Source: Laetmonice hystrix (taxonomy: Eukaryota). Taken from it: a DNA stretch of 64,000 nt. Where the stretch lies: assembly GCA_965235115.1 (NCBI GenBank), contig OZ249436.1, positions 54,376,001 through 54,440,000 of the forward strand, read 5' to 3'. Below are positions 52,201 through 64,000 of the stretch, piece after piece. Each line of letters begins with the position of its first letter. Positions within the stretch are counted from its first letter, which is position 1. The notes under the pieces are model-generated. The model had not been told where the DNA came from. It saw only the letters and a program-made list of their open reading frames with translations, and ran no database searches. Made by a program: the position numbers and the translations under genes.

Positions 52201-53170
52201 CATCCTAAACCCAATGGTGAAAACCAGACATTGATATCTTTAACCGTTTTCGAGATATCACGGATTTCTGGTTGAAAATGACCCAAAAGGGCCAACTTTG
52301 AGGGGCCATAACATGGAAACTACTGAATTTAGGGGGGCCATCTCGGAGTCAGAGACAGTTGACCTATTATGCAATCCAATGGTGCTGAAATCGGAAATTA
52401 GGTCAACTTGGCCGCCATCTTGGATTTTTTAAATTCAGGAAAAATGGGTCATGTTTTTCATCCTAAACCTAATGGTGCAAATCAGACATTGATATCTTTA
52501 GCCGTTTTCGAGATATCACTGATTTTTGGTTGAAAATGACCTAAAAGGGCCAACTTTGAGGGGCCATAACATGGAAACTACTGAATTTAGGGGAGCCATC
52601 TCGGAGTCAGAGACAGTTGACCTATTATGCAATCCAATGGTGCTGAAATCGGAAATTAGGTCAACTTGGCCGCCATCTTGGATTTTTTAAATTCAGGAAA
52701 AATGGGTCATGTTTTTCATCCTAAACCTAATAGTGAAAACCAGACATTGATATCTTTAACGGTTTTCGAGATATCACTGATTTTTGGTTGAAAATGACCT
52801 AAAAGGGCCAACTTTGAGGGGCCATAACATGAAAACTACTGAATTTAGGGGGGCCATCTCGGAGTCAGAGACAGTTGACCTATTATGCAATCCAATGGTG
52901 CTGAAATCGGAAATTAGGTCAACTTGGCCGCCATCTTGGATTTTTCAAATTCGGTGGAAATGGGTCAAGGTTTTCATCCTAAACCTAATGGTGAAAACCA
53001 GACATTGATATTTTTAACCGTTTTCGAGATATCACTGATTTTTAGTTGAAAATGACCCAAAAGGGCCAACTTTGAGGGCCCATAACATAGAAACTACTGA
53101 ATTTAGGGGAGCCATCTCGGAGTCAGAGACAGTTGACCTATTACCCAATCCAATGGTGCTGAAATCGGTC
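46287..53170. repeat. Satellite array, 258-bp monomer (~24 copies) with 2322-bp (9-mer) higher-order repeat
   Basis: Equivalent positions at 47876/48134 (258 bp). Diagnostic variants recur at 49430/51752 and 50462/52784 (2322 bp). One variant monomer is spaced 1038, 1290 and 1032 bp (4, 5 and 4 monomers). Confidence 0.97.
47085..47838. mobile_element. TIR element inserted in a satellite monomer
   Basis: ~40-bp TIR taga(g/c)aggttctgctatcccg(g)ttccgtctccggctccgg; splits the monomer motif ccagacat|gatatc. Confidence 0.85.
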
Positions 53171-53818
53171 AAATCCTGAACCCAATGGTAAAATTCCGAA
53201 AGATATCACCTTCACTCTATTTTCAGTTGTTACCCGTGAAGAAAGCATTTTAGTAGTCTGTACCACAAATTGTAATTTTGGGCCATCGTACTTTTGTGAG
53301 TAGTACCTACAAATGGTGAATGATATCAGGCTTTTTTAGCTTGTAAATTGAGTAATACTCCTTTCTTGCAATTTTACTCATCTTTGAGGTCACGTGACTC
53401 CCTTAATATAGGTCAAATCGCTCATCCCAAAACGTTCCTGTACTGAGGCCACTAATGTCCTTGCTTGAGTTCAGTTTTATGGAATTTCTTCAAAATTTGT
53501 GGGACTAGTAGGGATTTAAGTAACTGCAACATTTTGACCTTAGTGTCATATAGGTCAAAGGTCAAAGGTCAAATTGACCAAACAAAATTTAGGGGATCAT
53601 GTCCCAATAACAATGGTATGAGTTGTTTAAAAAAAATCTTCATTTTCAATGAAATATTGGCCTTTATATATGGAACCATTAGTACGTCATAACTCCATGA
53701 CGTTACGTCATATGACGTCATAACTCATTTGCATAGTAGAGAATCCCAGTACCTATCTCCCCACCAAGTTTCATTAAGATATCTTAAAAAATGACCAAAA
53801 TACGACCATGGGTTAACG

Positions 53819-53850
<32 letters not shown>

Positions 53851-55885
53851 ACCCTACATGTATAATAATAATAGGGAAGATGAAACCATACAACTTCAAG
53901 ATCCCATCCCCTTCAGGGGGGATGGGATAATAACTAGCTGTAGTGCATGCCAAGACGGTGAATGCCGCCATTTGCAATCGTTTGAACGGTGTGTTGTTGG
54001 GGTGTAGAGCACTGCTGTAGTTCCAGAGTTCTTGAAAAAAATATCCGTGATTTCCCCGAGAATAATGCTGACAATATTCGAAATCTATATTCGTTAGTAC
54101 AAATCGAACATCTATATTGCGAATACTTACAAAAGAACTTCTAATTTGCACAGACCATAACGTGCATAGCCGTGTGCGTAGGAATATGAAAAACAAGTTC
54201 TGGGGTTTCGAAAGCCAAGTAGGTCATTTTTAATGACTAAAATAAGATTTGGCGACTTTTAGCATTTATTTTAAATAATGTCTGCCAGGTCTACATAGAA
54301 TGGTAATGGAGTTTTGTATCATATCGGAGAACCGCAATGCAGACATATTTTTGTGAAACGCCACGTCCGACGTAAAATTCGTGAGAGACTCCCTTCAACG
54401 TTATACGTCCGTCAAATTACCAATGTATTTTCAATGAAAATTTGCACCGACCCCCTTCAGTTGGTCCCTATAGATGATGATCTTTTACCTTTAACCATTT
54501 CTCTAATTACGTTTTGTGTCCCTCACTGACATGTCTGTGCGGCACTGTGAGCGCCCACGGCCGCTCTGCGTCGAGTCGGAGTGACTTTTATTGATGGATT
54601 ATGGACGACGTGAAACCCTTATGGCTGGACCCTTAAGCTCATACGAAACCTTACAATATGTGTGATCAACGATTAAACTGTCTCAGTGTTGTTTAAAATG
54701 GTGGTTTTTTTTCGTGACGAATATTTTGCCTTTGAATATATTTCATTATCACAATTAAGTTACAATTAGAAGAGTATGCAATAGTATACAATAGATTATG
54801 CCAATGCATACAACCAAATTCAATAGTTAGACCAACAATCAAGACGACATTCGAAAGGCCAGATTGAGCAGACTATAGTATGAGATTCCTATTGTGTGTA
54901 TGAGGAATAATGTCACCGTCATATATGTCATAGTCAATTAGAAGCTTTCCGTATATATCGCCTTTGATTCGAACCAGCCCCGGTCCTCACAGTAAAAATG
55001 CCATTAAGCGTCATGCACTTGCGACACAGACTTCATGAATAGGGTTAGGCCTGCCCATTCTCTTAGAGAGAAACACAAATACAATGTAACCTATAGACGG
55101 ACACGCCCAGCTTTTTAAGTCACTAGGCTAGGCACTTTCATGTTTAAGATCTTGTCTATCTGAGACTGTCCAATCTAAATGCCGATGCTATACCCTCCTA
55201 TAGAAGATGCGCCAAGGTAAACTTTTATAAGTACATGCATCAAAAGGTACAGATCTGTCCACGCGGGCCTCTAAAGAACTGCCGGTATAAATGCACCTGT
55301 TTCGCACGCATATCACATATCGAGGAGGAATACTAACATTCACCTCTGACACCGGACAAAAGGCGCTGGGCCAGACGTGATATCGAATCCCTGACTTTTT
55401 TCCCTCCAGTTTGTTCCAGCCTTTATCACTTGTTTTCATATTTACAAGTGATGTCCAAGCAATTTCCCCGTTTCCTGCTTTCGACATCAGTGCTTGCTGT
55501 TGATGAGATCAAGTGGTTTACACAGTCTAGACAATGGGAATCTCGGGTCTACCCTGTAGCCGTGACATCAGGATTCTTTGAAAATGTCATACTTCGGGTT
55601 TAATGACACTGTCAGTGGCCAGGCACGTGTCTCGTTCTTACGTTTTTGTGTTTATCTCATCATTGAACTAATAATCGCCTCATTTCTTATGATGCTATCA
55701 AAGATTGCAGATCGCCTTTAGACAAAACAATGCCGATCATTTCAAATGTCAGATTCAGGGTCAAGCGAACGACTGAAATAACCGTTCGAACAGATTTCTT
55801 GTCTTGACACCAAACCTTTACATTTCCCGCGCAGTTAATCGTACTCGTTTCCGTTTCGTTCAGTCCGTTTCCATTTCGGGTTTAA

Positions 55886-56150
55886 AGGCTATGACGCACC
55901 GCGCTCCCCAACCCGATTGGTGACAATCGGTTCGGCGCCCGTTCGGGCCGGGAGGCGATCGGCGCCGATCAGATATCAAACTTTTTTTATATTGAATAGG
56001 GGACGATCGGGGTGGGGGGCGAGGGGCGATCGGGAGTGCTTCGTGCCGATTGGCTCCCGATTGCCTATGACCCACTGGCGCCCAATCACGTCCCGAATTC
56101 GGAAAATCGGGACGTGATCGGCCCCGATTTTGTCCAGTGCGTCATAGCCT
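55886..56150. mobile_element. MITE with TTAA (or TWA) flanks
   Basis: TIR aggctatgacgcac / gtgcgtcatagcct; TTAA on both sides; internal cgatcgg-rich subrepeats. Confidence 0.8.
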
Positions 56151-57990
56151 TTAAAAGAAACGTCCACCGCCAGTGTGCCAGGCACACAGGCCGTGATATT
56201 CTAAGCAATTTAAAAAAGATTTGAACACAATTGGTGCTCAAATAGTTAAGATATAACCACTTTAGTGCCAGAGCCTGCTTAGGACCTGCTCCGCTGGTGT
56301 TGGCGGCCATAGGCGTCTGCTCCTTGGGCTAATCTCAAACTGCGAATGCTCCGACCACTGCTCTCCAGTTTGGGAGGAACTAAAAACTGACGCACCTGTT
56401 GCGTTGAGCGATTCGAAAGGTAGCGAACGTTGACAGCTTATAAGCAAAATTTGTTAGAACATAGACGAAAACCATCGATCATAGTGATGAGGAATGGCTA
56501 GGAATTAGATAAGCCTACCGATATCAGGGGATATATCAGGGTGGACACGGATCTGGGCAGCCGTGGGTTTCGGCCGCTTGCATTCAATTCGTCCTGCTCG
56601 GAGGTGTAATGTTGACGGAGCCCAGGGCCACTGGGCCGGGGGTCGGGCCCTGACTCCGACCGCGGGCGGATGCTGGCAGTGTCAGACTCCTGTGATCAGC
56701 ACATACCTGTTTAGTTTAGTTGTGACTGTGACTGAGGGACTGACCCCCGTTGATTTGCCCACCTGCCTCGGCTGCCTTTACTTTAGTCTAGTCTAGCCTA
56801 GCCCCGGCATGCAATAGATGGGCACAAGAACGTCACTTACTTCCGGCCAAATGGCTGCGCCGTTGAAGCCAGTGATTTTGACACGGTTGTCATGTTCATC
56901 ATATGACTTCTTGAAATGGGGGAACATTTATTTCCAACCACTACTCTGAAAGGTGAGTGTATATAGAGGCCTTGCAGCTGTCCAAATGTGATTTTCGACT
57001 GGACTTGTCCTTTAAATGATGGGGCGCAACCCACGAAAGGCGGGGCTTGTAATGAATCCTCACGGCCCGTGTTGAGTGACTTCTGTCAAATATTTTCTCA
57101 GCCCTCAGCCATGTCTGTCTTGTGACGCGCACACTCCCAAACTTCCGGGCCGCCAGCACCGTGACCACACCTTTCGCATGAAATCACAGACACCTTCCTC
57201 TCCACTGAGACTACTGGGAGGTGTCTCAAAGCCGTTACCATGGCAACCATTCCCAATTCATGGAATGTTAAATATTTCGTGTGGCAATATTATGTGGAGC
57301 TCTATATAATGCAGAGTAAGGCAAGTAGGTAATAAAGATATCTTTTACCAACCGTAGTCCATATACACAATAAATAATTACTACATAATTTGAGAAACAG
57401 CGATCTTTATATAATACCGGAAAGGGCCTATAGAATTGGAATTAACCTTTTTATGCGTTACTAGTCTTATGAAATTCGGTGAGGAAAGTTGTCAATATTG
57501 ACTTAGCAATACTTTTTGCAAAAGAAATCCGGGTGCGCGATTCACGGAAGACGTATAACGATGTCGAGGCGACGTACACATGTCATTTTGTCAACCTAAG
57601 CAGGCGTAGTTAACCCTGTTTTACCGTATTGGAGGAACCCTCCCTGGTTATAATGGAATGTCATGGGAATACTTGATATAGATTAGGTTGCTGTCGAACA
57701 TTTATAAGGGGGCAAGTGCAGCTGACATAGGGACCGATGATGCATTCATCAACTGTCACTATTAAAGGGACGACTCGTGTGTCTCAGATTGACTTTTACT
57801 CAGTTGACAGCGCGTGTACGGTTGATAGATAAAGGCTCCTACAGCTCAGTAATACTAGTCTGCTGATGTCACTATACATTGTCTGCAGTTTCTCTATCTA
57901 TCTAGCCATGTATTCCTGATGAGAATACGCGCGACCCGTCACATCAGCCGACAGCAGCTATTGTGTGTGACGTCGTTTTTAGAACATACG

Positions 57991-58190
57991 CAGGGGCCGA
58001 TCCAGGATTTTTCTTCGGGGGATGGGGGGGGGGGGGCACAGGTGTATGGGTGGATGAATGGATCCATATAGCTATACCTGACATGGGCAAGGGTCACTCA
58101 GTATGGGGGGACCAGAACCCTGCTTTTGAAAACTTTTCGGAGGGGGGGGGGGGGGGGTCTGGCCCCCTGTGCCCCCTAGATCCGCCACCG
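57991..58190. mobile_element. Short TIR element (CAGGGGC.GATCCAGG family)
   Basis: caggggccgatccagg...ctagatccgccaccg; flanks atacg/atgcg. Confidence 0.55.
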
Positions 58191-59829
58191 ATGCGTCTCC
58201 CTATTTTGCATATTTTGTCCCTGATATAATATTACTTAAAAATTCGTCACTCTGTCGTGAATATCGTGTCCTTAAACCTTACCAGGTTACTTTACTACTG
58301 TTTGTCAGGATGCAGTCTGCTTCAGTAGGAAAGAAGTAGGCCTATCTCGTAGAAAATAGAAACGGGATTTTATAGCGCTTATTGTTGAAGGCCTACGCCT
58401 CCAAGCTTTTCTCTGTTCCTATAGAGACCACTGGAAATTAATCATCGCGATTCGATTCTTTGACAGGTTTTCACTAGAGGGTTCGAGCGAGCATCTTTAT
58501 GAAAAACCCCACTCTGACACTAGACCTTGCTTTGGCATGTCAATGGCGTAATCACATCAATCATTCAAACTCATACGTCTTACCACGACCAGCAATTACA
58601 GGATAGGTTTTCTCACTGTATCCCACGACCAAAGGGACTATGCCTGAAGTGACATTTGTATCTAAATGTCATGTCATGTTGTATTCTCTCGGAAGACACA
58701 TCAAAGCGTAGGTAGACGACAAGAAGTTAGACGCCAACACAGTTACTATTCAACATTAGACAGATAACCAAGGCGATGATCAGTAACTGCACATCTAGAA
58801 GCCAGATCGTTATGTAGGCAATTCTTATTGATGTGAACATATAGAATAGGATAATAAGTCTAAATGAGTTGATTAGGCCTAAACAAAGTAAATTCTCGTG
58901 GATTGTATAGGCGATGTCGTAATGTATTACTATCAGTTCACTCGAAAATACATGTAGGCACCACACTTGGAAATAGGACCTAGAAATATGGAATTTTGGA
59001 CCCTCCCATCCATTTTGATGAATTTACGTATAGACATACTATAGTCCACCTTGAAAGCGAAAAGTACAGGTGGGTCAAAAGAGACTTTTTTCGAAAGTAG
59101 GTAATGCAGAGGCCACCCCCTCCGAGTCCCTTGCTGTCAGGGCAGTACAAGCGTGGTTTTGTAGGTGTCCTAAAATGAACACGGCTCGATCCAGGGAGAG
59201 TATAGAGCTATACCAAACAGACATGGCTTCCCATTGACGTAACTCAGTTTCTATACATCCTTGCCCTGGCCATTCCGCCAGCTGCATCTCTTGGTCGGTC
59301 ACACGTCGGCTGAGTCAACATTCAACATTGTAGGTATAATAAACTGTCAGCTGTTGTCAGGCGTACTAACACACGTGCCTATATTTTGCTCCCTAAAATA
59401 TAGTCCGTTGCATGGCATTCAAGTGTATGATTTTGTTCCTCAAGAATGGGACTTGGCCCACACTCTTGTTAGCAGGCAGGCGTACATGTACGTCTGAATA
59501 GAATGTCATCTTCTGTATATTTGCCCTGGGGTCTGTTCAAATTTCTTTTAATTGAAATATTGCCATGAATACATTTGAGAAGTGATATTTTGGGGACTAC
59601 AACGAGCAAAGTGTCAGTAGCAATATATTGGGTTCCTACAATTATCTCCTTTATAGCTAACGCATTATTAATGGCAACATCGTGACTGTTGCAGTGTGCG
59701 GTACACACTGTATAGTATTACAATTCAGGAGTCGCGTGTAAACAGAGCAAGAAATATTTCATGTTGTCAAACTTCATGTCAAATTCATTACACTTCTTGT
59801 CCCTGTGAAGGGCCTATTCATATATAGGC

Positions 59830-59995
59830 CTACGTGTATTTGATCGGTGAATGGGCGGTTGTGGGCCAGTTTGGGACGGTTCCAACCCTATACCTATACC
59901 CCCTGCCCAGTGCTCCCAACTGCATCTTTAAAGTGTAAAATCTGTACATTGTATATGCAATGTGCGGAATTCTTCCTGTCTCATCGTCATCATCG
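59830..59995 (-). CDS. Candidate downstream exon of the same unknown protein
   Basis: Acceptor tttgtag|C GAT GAT GAC gives ...WDRWYSDDDDETGRIPHIAYTMYRFY...PIKYT*. Confidence 0.3.
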
Positions 59996-61602
59996 CTACA
60001 AATATACTCAATCAATGAATCAATTAATCAAGCTTTATTTAACTTACTTTTCACAATCACATCAGATGACACAAATCTGCGTGTTTAACCGAAAACCATC
60101 CTCGGACCTCTCAAACTCAAACAAAACCGCATCATTCAGGCTTCAAATCACAAACGGAACACCTCAAAATACGGCTGCGAATATCAGCACTGTCATATGG
60201 ACCAGTTCGGGAGGCCAATCCGTCAATTGTTGTTGTGTTTGTGTTTGTTTGCCTTTGTAATTTTTGTTAAAAGAAGCGTGACCTTTCATGCGACCTTTAT
60301 AGGCCTGACTCAACAAACAGTACACAGGTTCTATAGAAGAACGCACGGCCTGGCTGATCATTTAACTCAGACTGCAACTAAGAAAAGTTCTGCAACAGAA
60401 TGCTGTTAATTTGAAGGTTAGGTGACAGGTCACATGATGCCAGGGCTGGTCGGGTCACTCGGTGTAACATGACACGTGATAATTATTATTACGACAGAAG
60501 GTCTAGATCTGTGACCACCTGCAGTGGTGATCGTCGACAATAATTCAAACATAATCTATTGAACGTGATTATAACGCCGAAGGTATAGGCTACCGTTATT
60601 ATATTGATACGCCATCAAGGGTATATTTTAACAGCACATGGTATAATTCCGGTCTGTGCGATAGACTTGTGCTATTCCTTGTGGACTTCCATATAATATT
60701 TCTCATTCAATTACCATTACTTATTTATATAATGATATTACCTTATATCGAGTTTAGTCGTTGCCACACGTCAGCCGTCATTTCGTCAGTTGAATTTTCA
60801 TCACCGAACCAGAGAGGGAAAACGAAAGGATTAAATGGAGTGAATAAGAGAAGTCACACCTGCTGTATACCACGAGATAAATCCTCCCCAACGAAAAAGA
60901 AAAATGAATTTAAAATACATTCGGCAACATTTATTTTTTCATTAAAACTTTATTACCGACGCTGTTCACGATCAACGTGCATTAAAAATATGTAATGATG
61001 GATGTCATATACTGTGGTAAAATAAATTACACTTAACGCAGGTGAACCGTAATCGAATTCGATGGATATATGTATACATTAAAGTGTAATCGGAGCAACT
61101 GTATATGTTCCCAGCATCATACGGTGGTGTGAAGCTGGAAACGATGTGGTTGTTCGGTACAACACATCATTTTCTATTTATTATGTAAAACACGTCGTGT
61201 AGTGGCAAATGAAAAACCTAACAAAGTACTATATAAAAACGAGAAGGAATGAATCAATGACCACGATGAAATGTAATTTAATAGTGAGTGTGACCATGCC
61301 ATAATTCCTTTAATTAACACAAGGTGCGATAATCATTACCAACTTTGGTAATGATTATCAACTTTATCCCCATGCAGCCGACGAAGATAGGTCTCCAGAG
61401 AGAAACGGATTAAAAAAATATAATAGAAAAGAGACGGATCTATGGAGGAACTGGATCTAGTAGACACCAGGGACAGGTGTCCCCCTGAGAGAAACCTTAG
61501 ATCCAGCCTTGACTAATGAAGGTTTGACTGGCAGCGGAAACACAAATCAGAACGTCGAACAGTCAGAATGGTCTTAATCAGAACTAATCACCATCTAATT
61601 AC

Positions 61603-62090
61603 CTGTACCATCTATCCCATGGAGTCTTTCTCAGGTCTCCCCTCTTCATTCTTTGTTTGGTCCGATTTGAACTTGTTTGATTAGCTGCCCAGGGGAGGTC
61701 TGATGGCAAACCCGTCCAGCCTTTCAGAGAATTGATCGGGTGAGGAGGAGATCCCCTGTTGGCCAACATATGATCACGTGACCCTGGCCCGTCTGCCGCC
61801 TGAATGATGTTTGGAGCGTCCGATATCTTTATCTTGCGATCATTATTCGCCAGGTTCGATGGCAGATGTCGTGAGAGATCGAAAATTACAGAAACAGATG
61901 TTCTTCGTTTCTTGGGGAGACAGACAGACCGAGACAGACAGACCACAGACAAGGAAAGCGAGACAGAGAGACAGAGATATATAGAGAGAGATGTAGGAGT
62001 GGCGATGTAGGAAACATGAACACCACACAAGAACACTGCCTTCAAATTGAAAACGTCATATGTAATCAGCATATTGTCATTTACGTCCAT
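61603..62090 (-). CDS. Candidate exon of an unknown protein (5' boundary uncertain)
   Basis: 163-codon open frame ending at a strong donor CAG|gtaatt (phase 2), in frame with a candidate exon at 59830-59995; no recognisable domain. Confidence 0.3.
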
Positions 62091-62512
62091 TATTGTTTAG
62101 GTATAATTCTTGTGCCAGGAACGTGGTTGAAAAAATGCCTTCATCTTTGTAACTGCAAACGAGGAGAACGTATTCTTCTTATGTATTATCACTTGCCGTT
62201 TTTGTCATTATTATGTATATCTGTTGGGCTGTCTCGCTTGGCCAAGGCCCCCCGTGGACCCCCCCCCCCCCCCTATAGAATTCTGGATTCTCTTTCGTGG
62301 GGACGAATAGTGCGACCTATACAACCGCGTGTTTACTACAGTTTGAATAGTGTCCTCGTCATATAATCCGAAAGTACCGGGCCTCTTTATTTCTGCAAAT
62401 TATTGTCCTATGCATGGAATCGGCCGGGTTTTGATGTAGAAAGCAATGGACGATAATGACAATGTTCTCAATCTCAGACTTTACAAAATCAGAAACAACA
62501 ATTACACTTTAA

Positions 62513-63045
62513 AGGGGCATACTATGAAACACGTTTTTGGGGATTTCCGGCAATTATCCAAAATGACCGTGTACTAGGGATCCAAGTAAATAATCCTACC
62601 ACAGCATTTTGTCCTCGGACGTGTTTTCGCTGTGTATGCAGTACAAGTAGGTTCTATATGACCAAACCTATAGATTTCTCCCGATAGCACATCTCCCGCC
62701 ATAATTTGGCGGACAACCCCCCCCCCCCCCCAACACGTGTAATTGCATACTGTGTTACATCCTGTGTGTGCACTCTCTGCATGTGCTTAGTCACGTGCTT
62801 TGCTTAGTTGTAAACAATTCAGCAGTGGCACTCGATCGCCCGGCTCAGAATGCCACCCAAAAAATATTTTACGAAATCGGCAGAGAAGCGGGCAAGGGAG
62901 CTTAATAAACTTCGATTTCTCACGCAAAATGAAACTGATAAGTCTGTCTTTGTTTACTAAGCAATTTTAATGAAGGATCTCTTTATGAAAACAGCAAAAG
63001 TTCTATGAAATACCGATTTTTAACGTTTCCTCATAATATGCCCCT
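62513..63045 (-). mobile_element. TTAA-flanked MITE (Kolobok-like), copy 2
   Basis: Reverse complement of 27394-27921 with the same TIR and TTAA flanks. Confidence 0.88.
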
Positions 63046-64000
63046 TTAAGGTGAGATGAAGAATAGCCGAGAGGTACCGGTTACAGATAATTGTGTTGGG
63101 ATCTTGACCTATAGACCTATAGGGGCGGGTGTATTGGAGAGGAATACCGTCAGAGGATGTTTATTCCCTAGAACAATTCTAACACATGTTTTCTGTAAGG
63201 CTATAGCGACGTCATGCCGCTCACACTCTCTCTAGAGAAATCCCTATATGCAGGAGAACTCCCAGTGGGGACCAAGGGAAACCACGCTGGTATAGCTTAA
63301 ACCAAACCGTCATTATAATAGAAGGATCGAACTCCCTTCCTCCGACAACTTCTGTCATTTAGCCGCGCCAGCTCTAAAGACAGAGGGAAAAATCAAAACA
63401 CGACTCGAGCTTCTAACAACTCTCCGCAGCAATCATCTAACACGCTATGACGCTATTCGTGGCATGAATAAAACATAGTCGCCAGCTTACTTTGAGATGG
63501 ATCGTTGTCGAGCAGGTTGATGTATGAGGACAAATACAAGTCGTTTCTTTTCACTTTAAGATGGCATTCGTCCCATGTTCGGTCCTTCTTGCGAGATTCG
63601 TATTGAAGCAACGTCAAGAGTACAAGATATAAGAGAGGAGAGCGGACACGCCATGAAGGTCACCGTTGTACCAATTATCTAAGTACACACCAACGTTTAC
63701 TGATTGATATTAAACATACTACATGCCAATGTCTTGTCGCGTATGATGCCAGTGAGTTTCAAATTTGTTCGCCCTATTACCTCTATACATTTCCGGGGAG
63801 CAGACATTACCCATAAAAGCATGTCAAGACTGCGATTTTCTTGTTAAATTAGCAATATAGTAATTTGGAACATGCCTATAGGAAGTGCGAACGCACCCAA
63901 CCGAACCTCAACAATCACCAAGGACTGCTATAGGCAAATGTTTGTATATTATTTTGGTTTGTCAAAAGCTGCTGCCTTGGAAATATATAAAGGTTCTATA

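Larger units (their letters stand above)
45629..53933 (-). mobile_element. Helentron/HINE-like non-autonomous element expanded by an internal satellite array
   Basis: Read on the minus strand: 5' ttattatcccatccccctgaaggggatgggat hairpin, a (GTA)n microsatellite, central tandem arrays, 3' subterminal ggggatgggatc, hairpin catgtgg-cccctg-ccacatg and CTAGTT. Confidence 0.8.

Noticed and set aside
46605..53008. Family of repeated 64-127 aa ORFs
   Set aside because: Translations of the 258-bp satellite monomer with non-ATG starts.
53950..53972. cggtgaatgcc matching the 3' part of miR-124
   Set aside because: Seed sequence and hairpin are absent.
63491..63655. Minus-strand segment ending at a strong donor (aaa|gtaagc) with a hydrophobic frame
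   Set aside because: The frame open at the donor has no start codon or acceptor after its upstream stop; at most a non-coding exon.

Overview
Eukaryotic animal DNA with GT-AG introns and many repeats; the receptor type and repeat families suggest a marine spiralian/lophotrochozoan invertebrate (inference). One well-supported protein-coding gene lies on the minus strand: a nicotinic acetylcholine receptor (Cys-loop) alpha-type subunit. It assembles from 7 phase-compatible coding exons (30706-30618, 14810-14612, 13597-13488, 7656-7202, 6852-6766, 6550-6435, 6109-5861; 1305 nt, 434 aa). The signal-peptide exon is about 15.8 kb from the rest and is absent from the ORF track. The receptor has an atypical pore (P-D-R instead of G-E-K at -2'/-1'/0'; Ser instead of Leu at 9'), a candidate leader with 15 upstream ATGs, and four tandem in-frame splice acceptors. 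The rest is mostly non-autonomous DNA transposons and tandem repeats. These include two related Helentron/HINE-like elements (one swollen to 8.3 kb by a 258-bp satellite with a 9-mer higher-order repeat), two deleted Tc1/mariner-like copies (one carrying a stack of Harbinger-type MITEs), TTAA-flanked MITEs, minisatellites and a perfect 81-bp palindrome. A weak candidate spliced orphan gene lies at about 59.8-62.1 kb. I saw no rRNA, bona fide tRNA or CRISPR array. Nothing here can be claimed as a new biological system from sequence alone.
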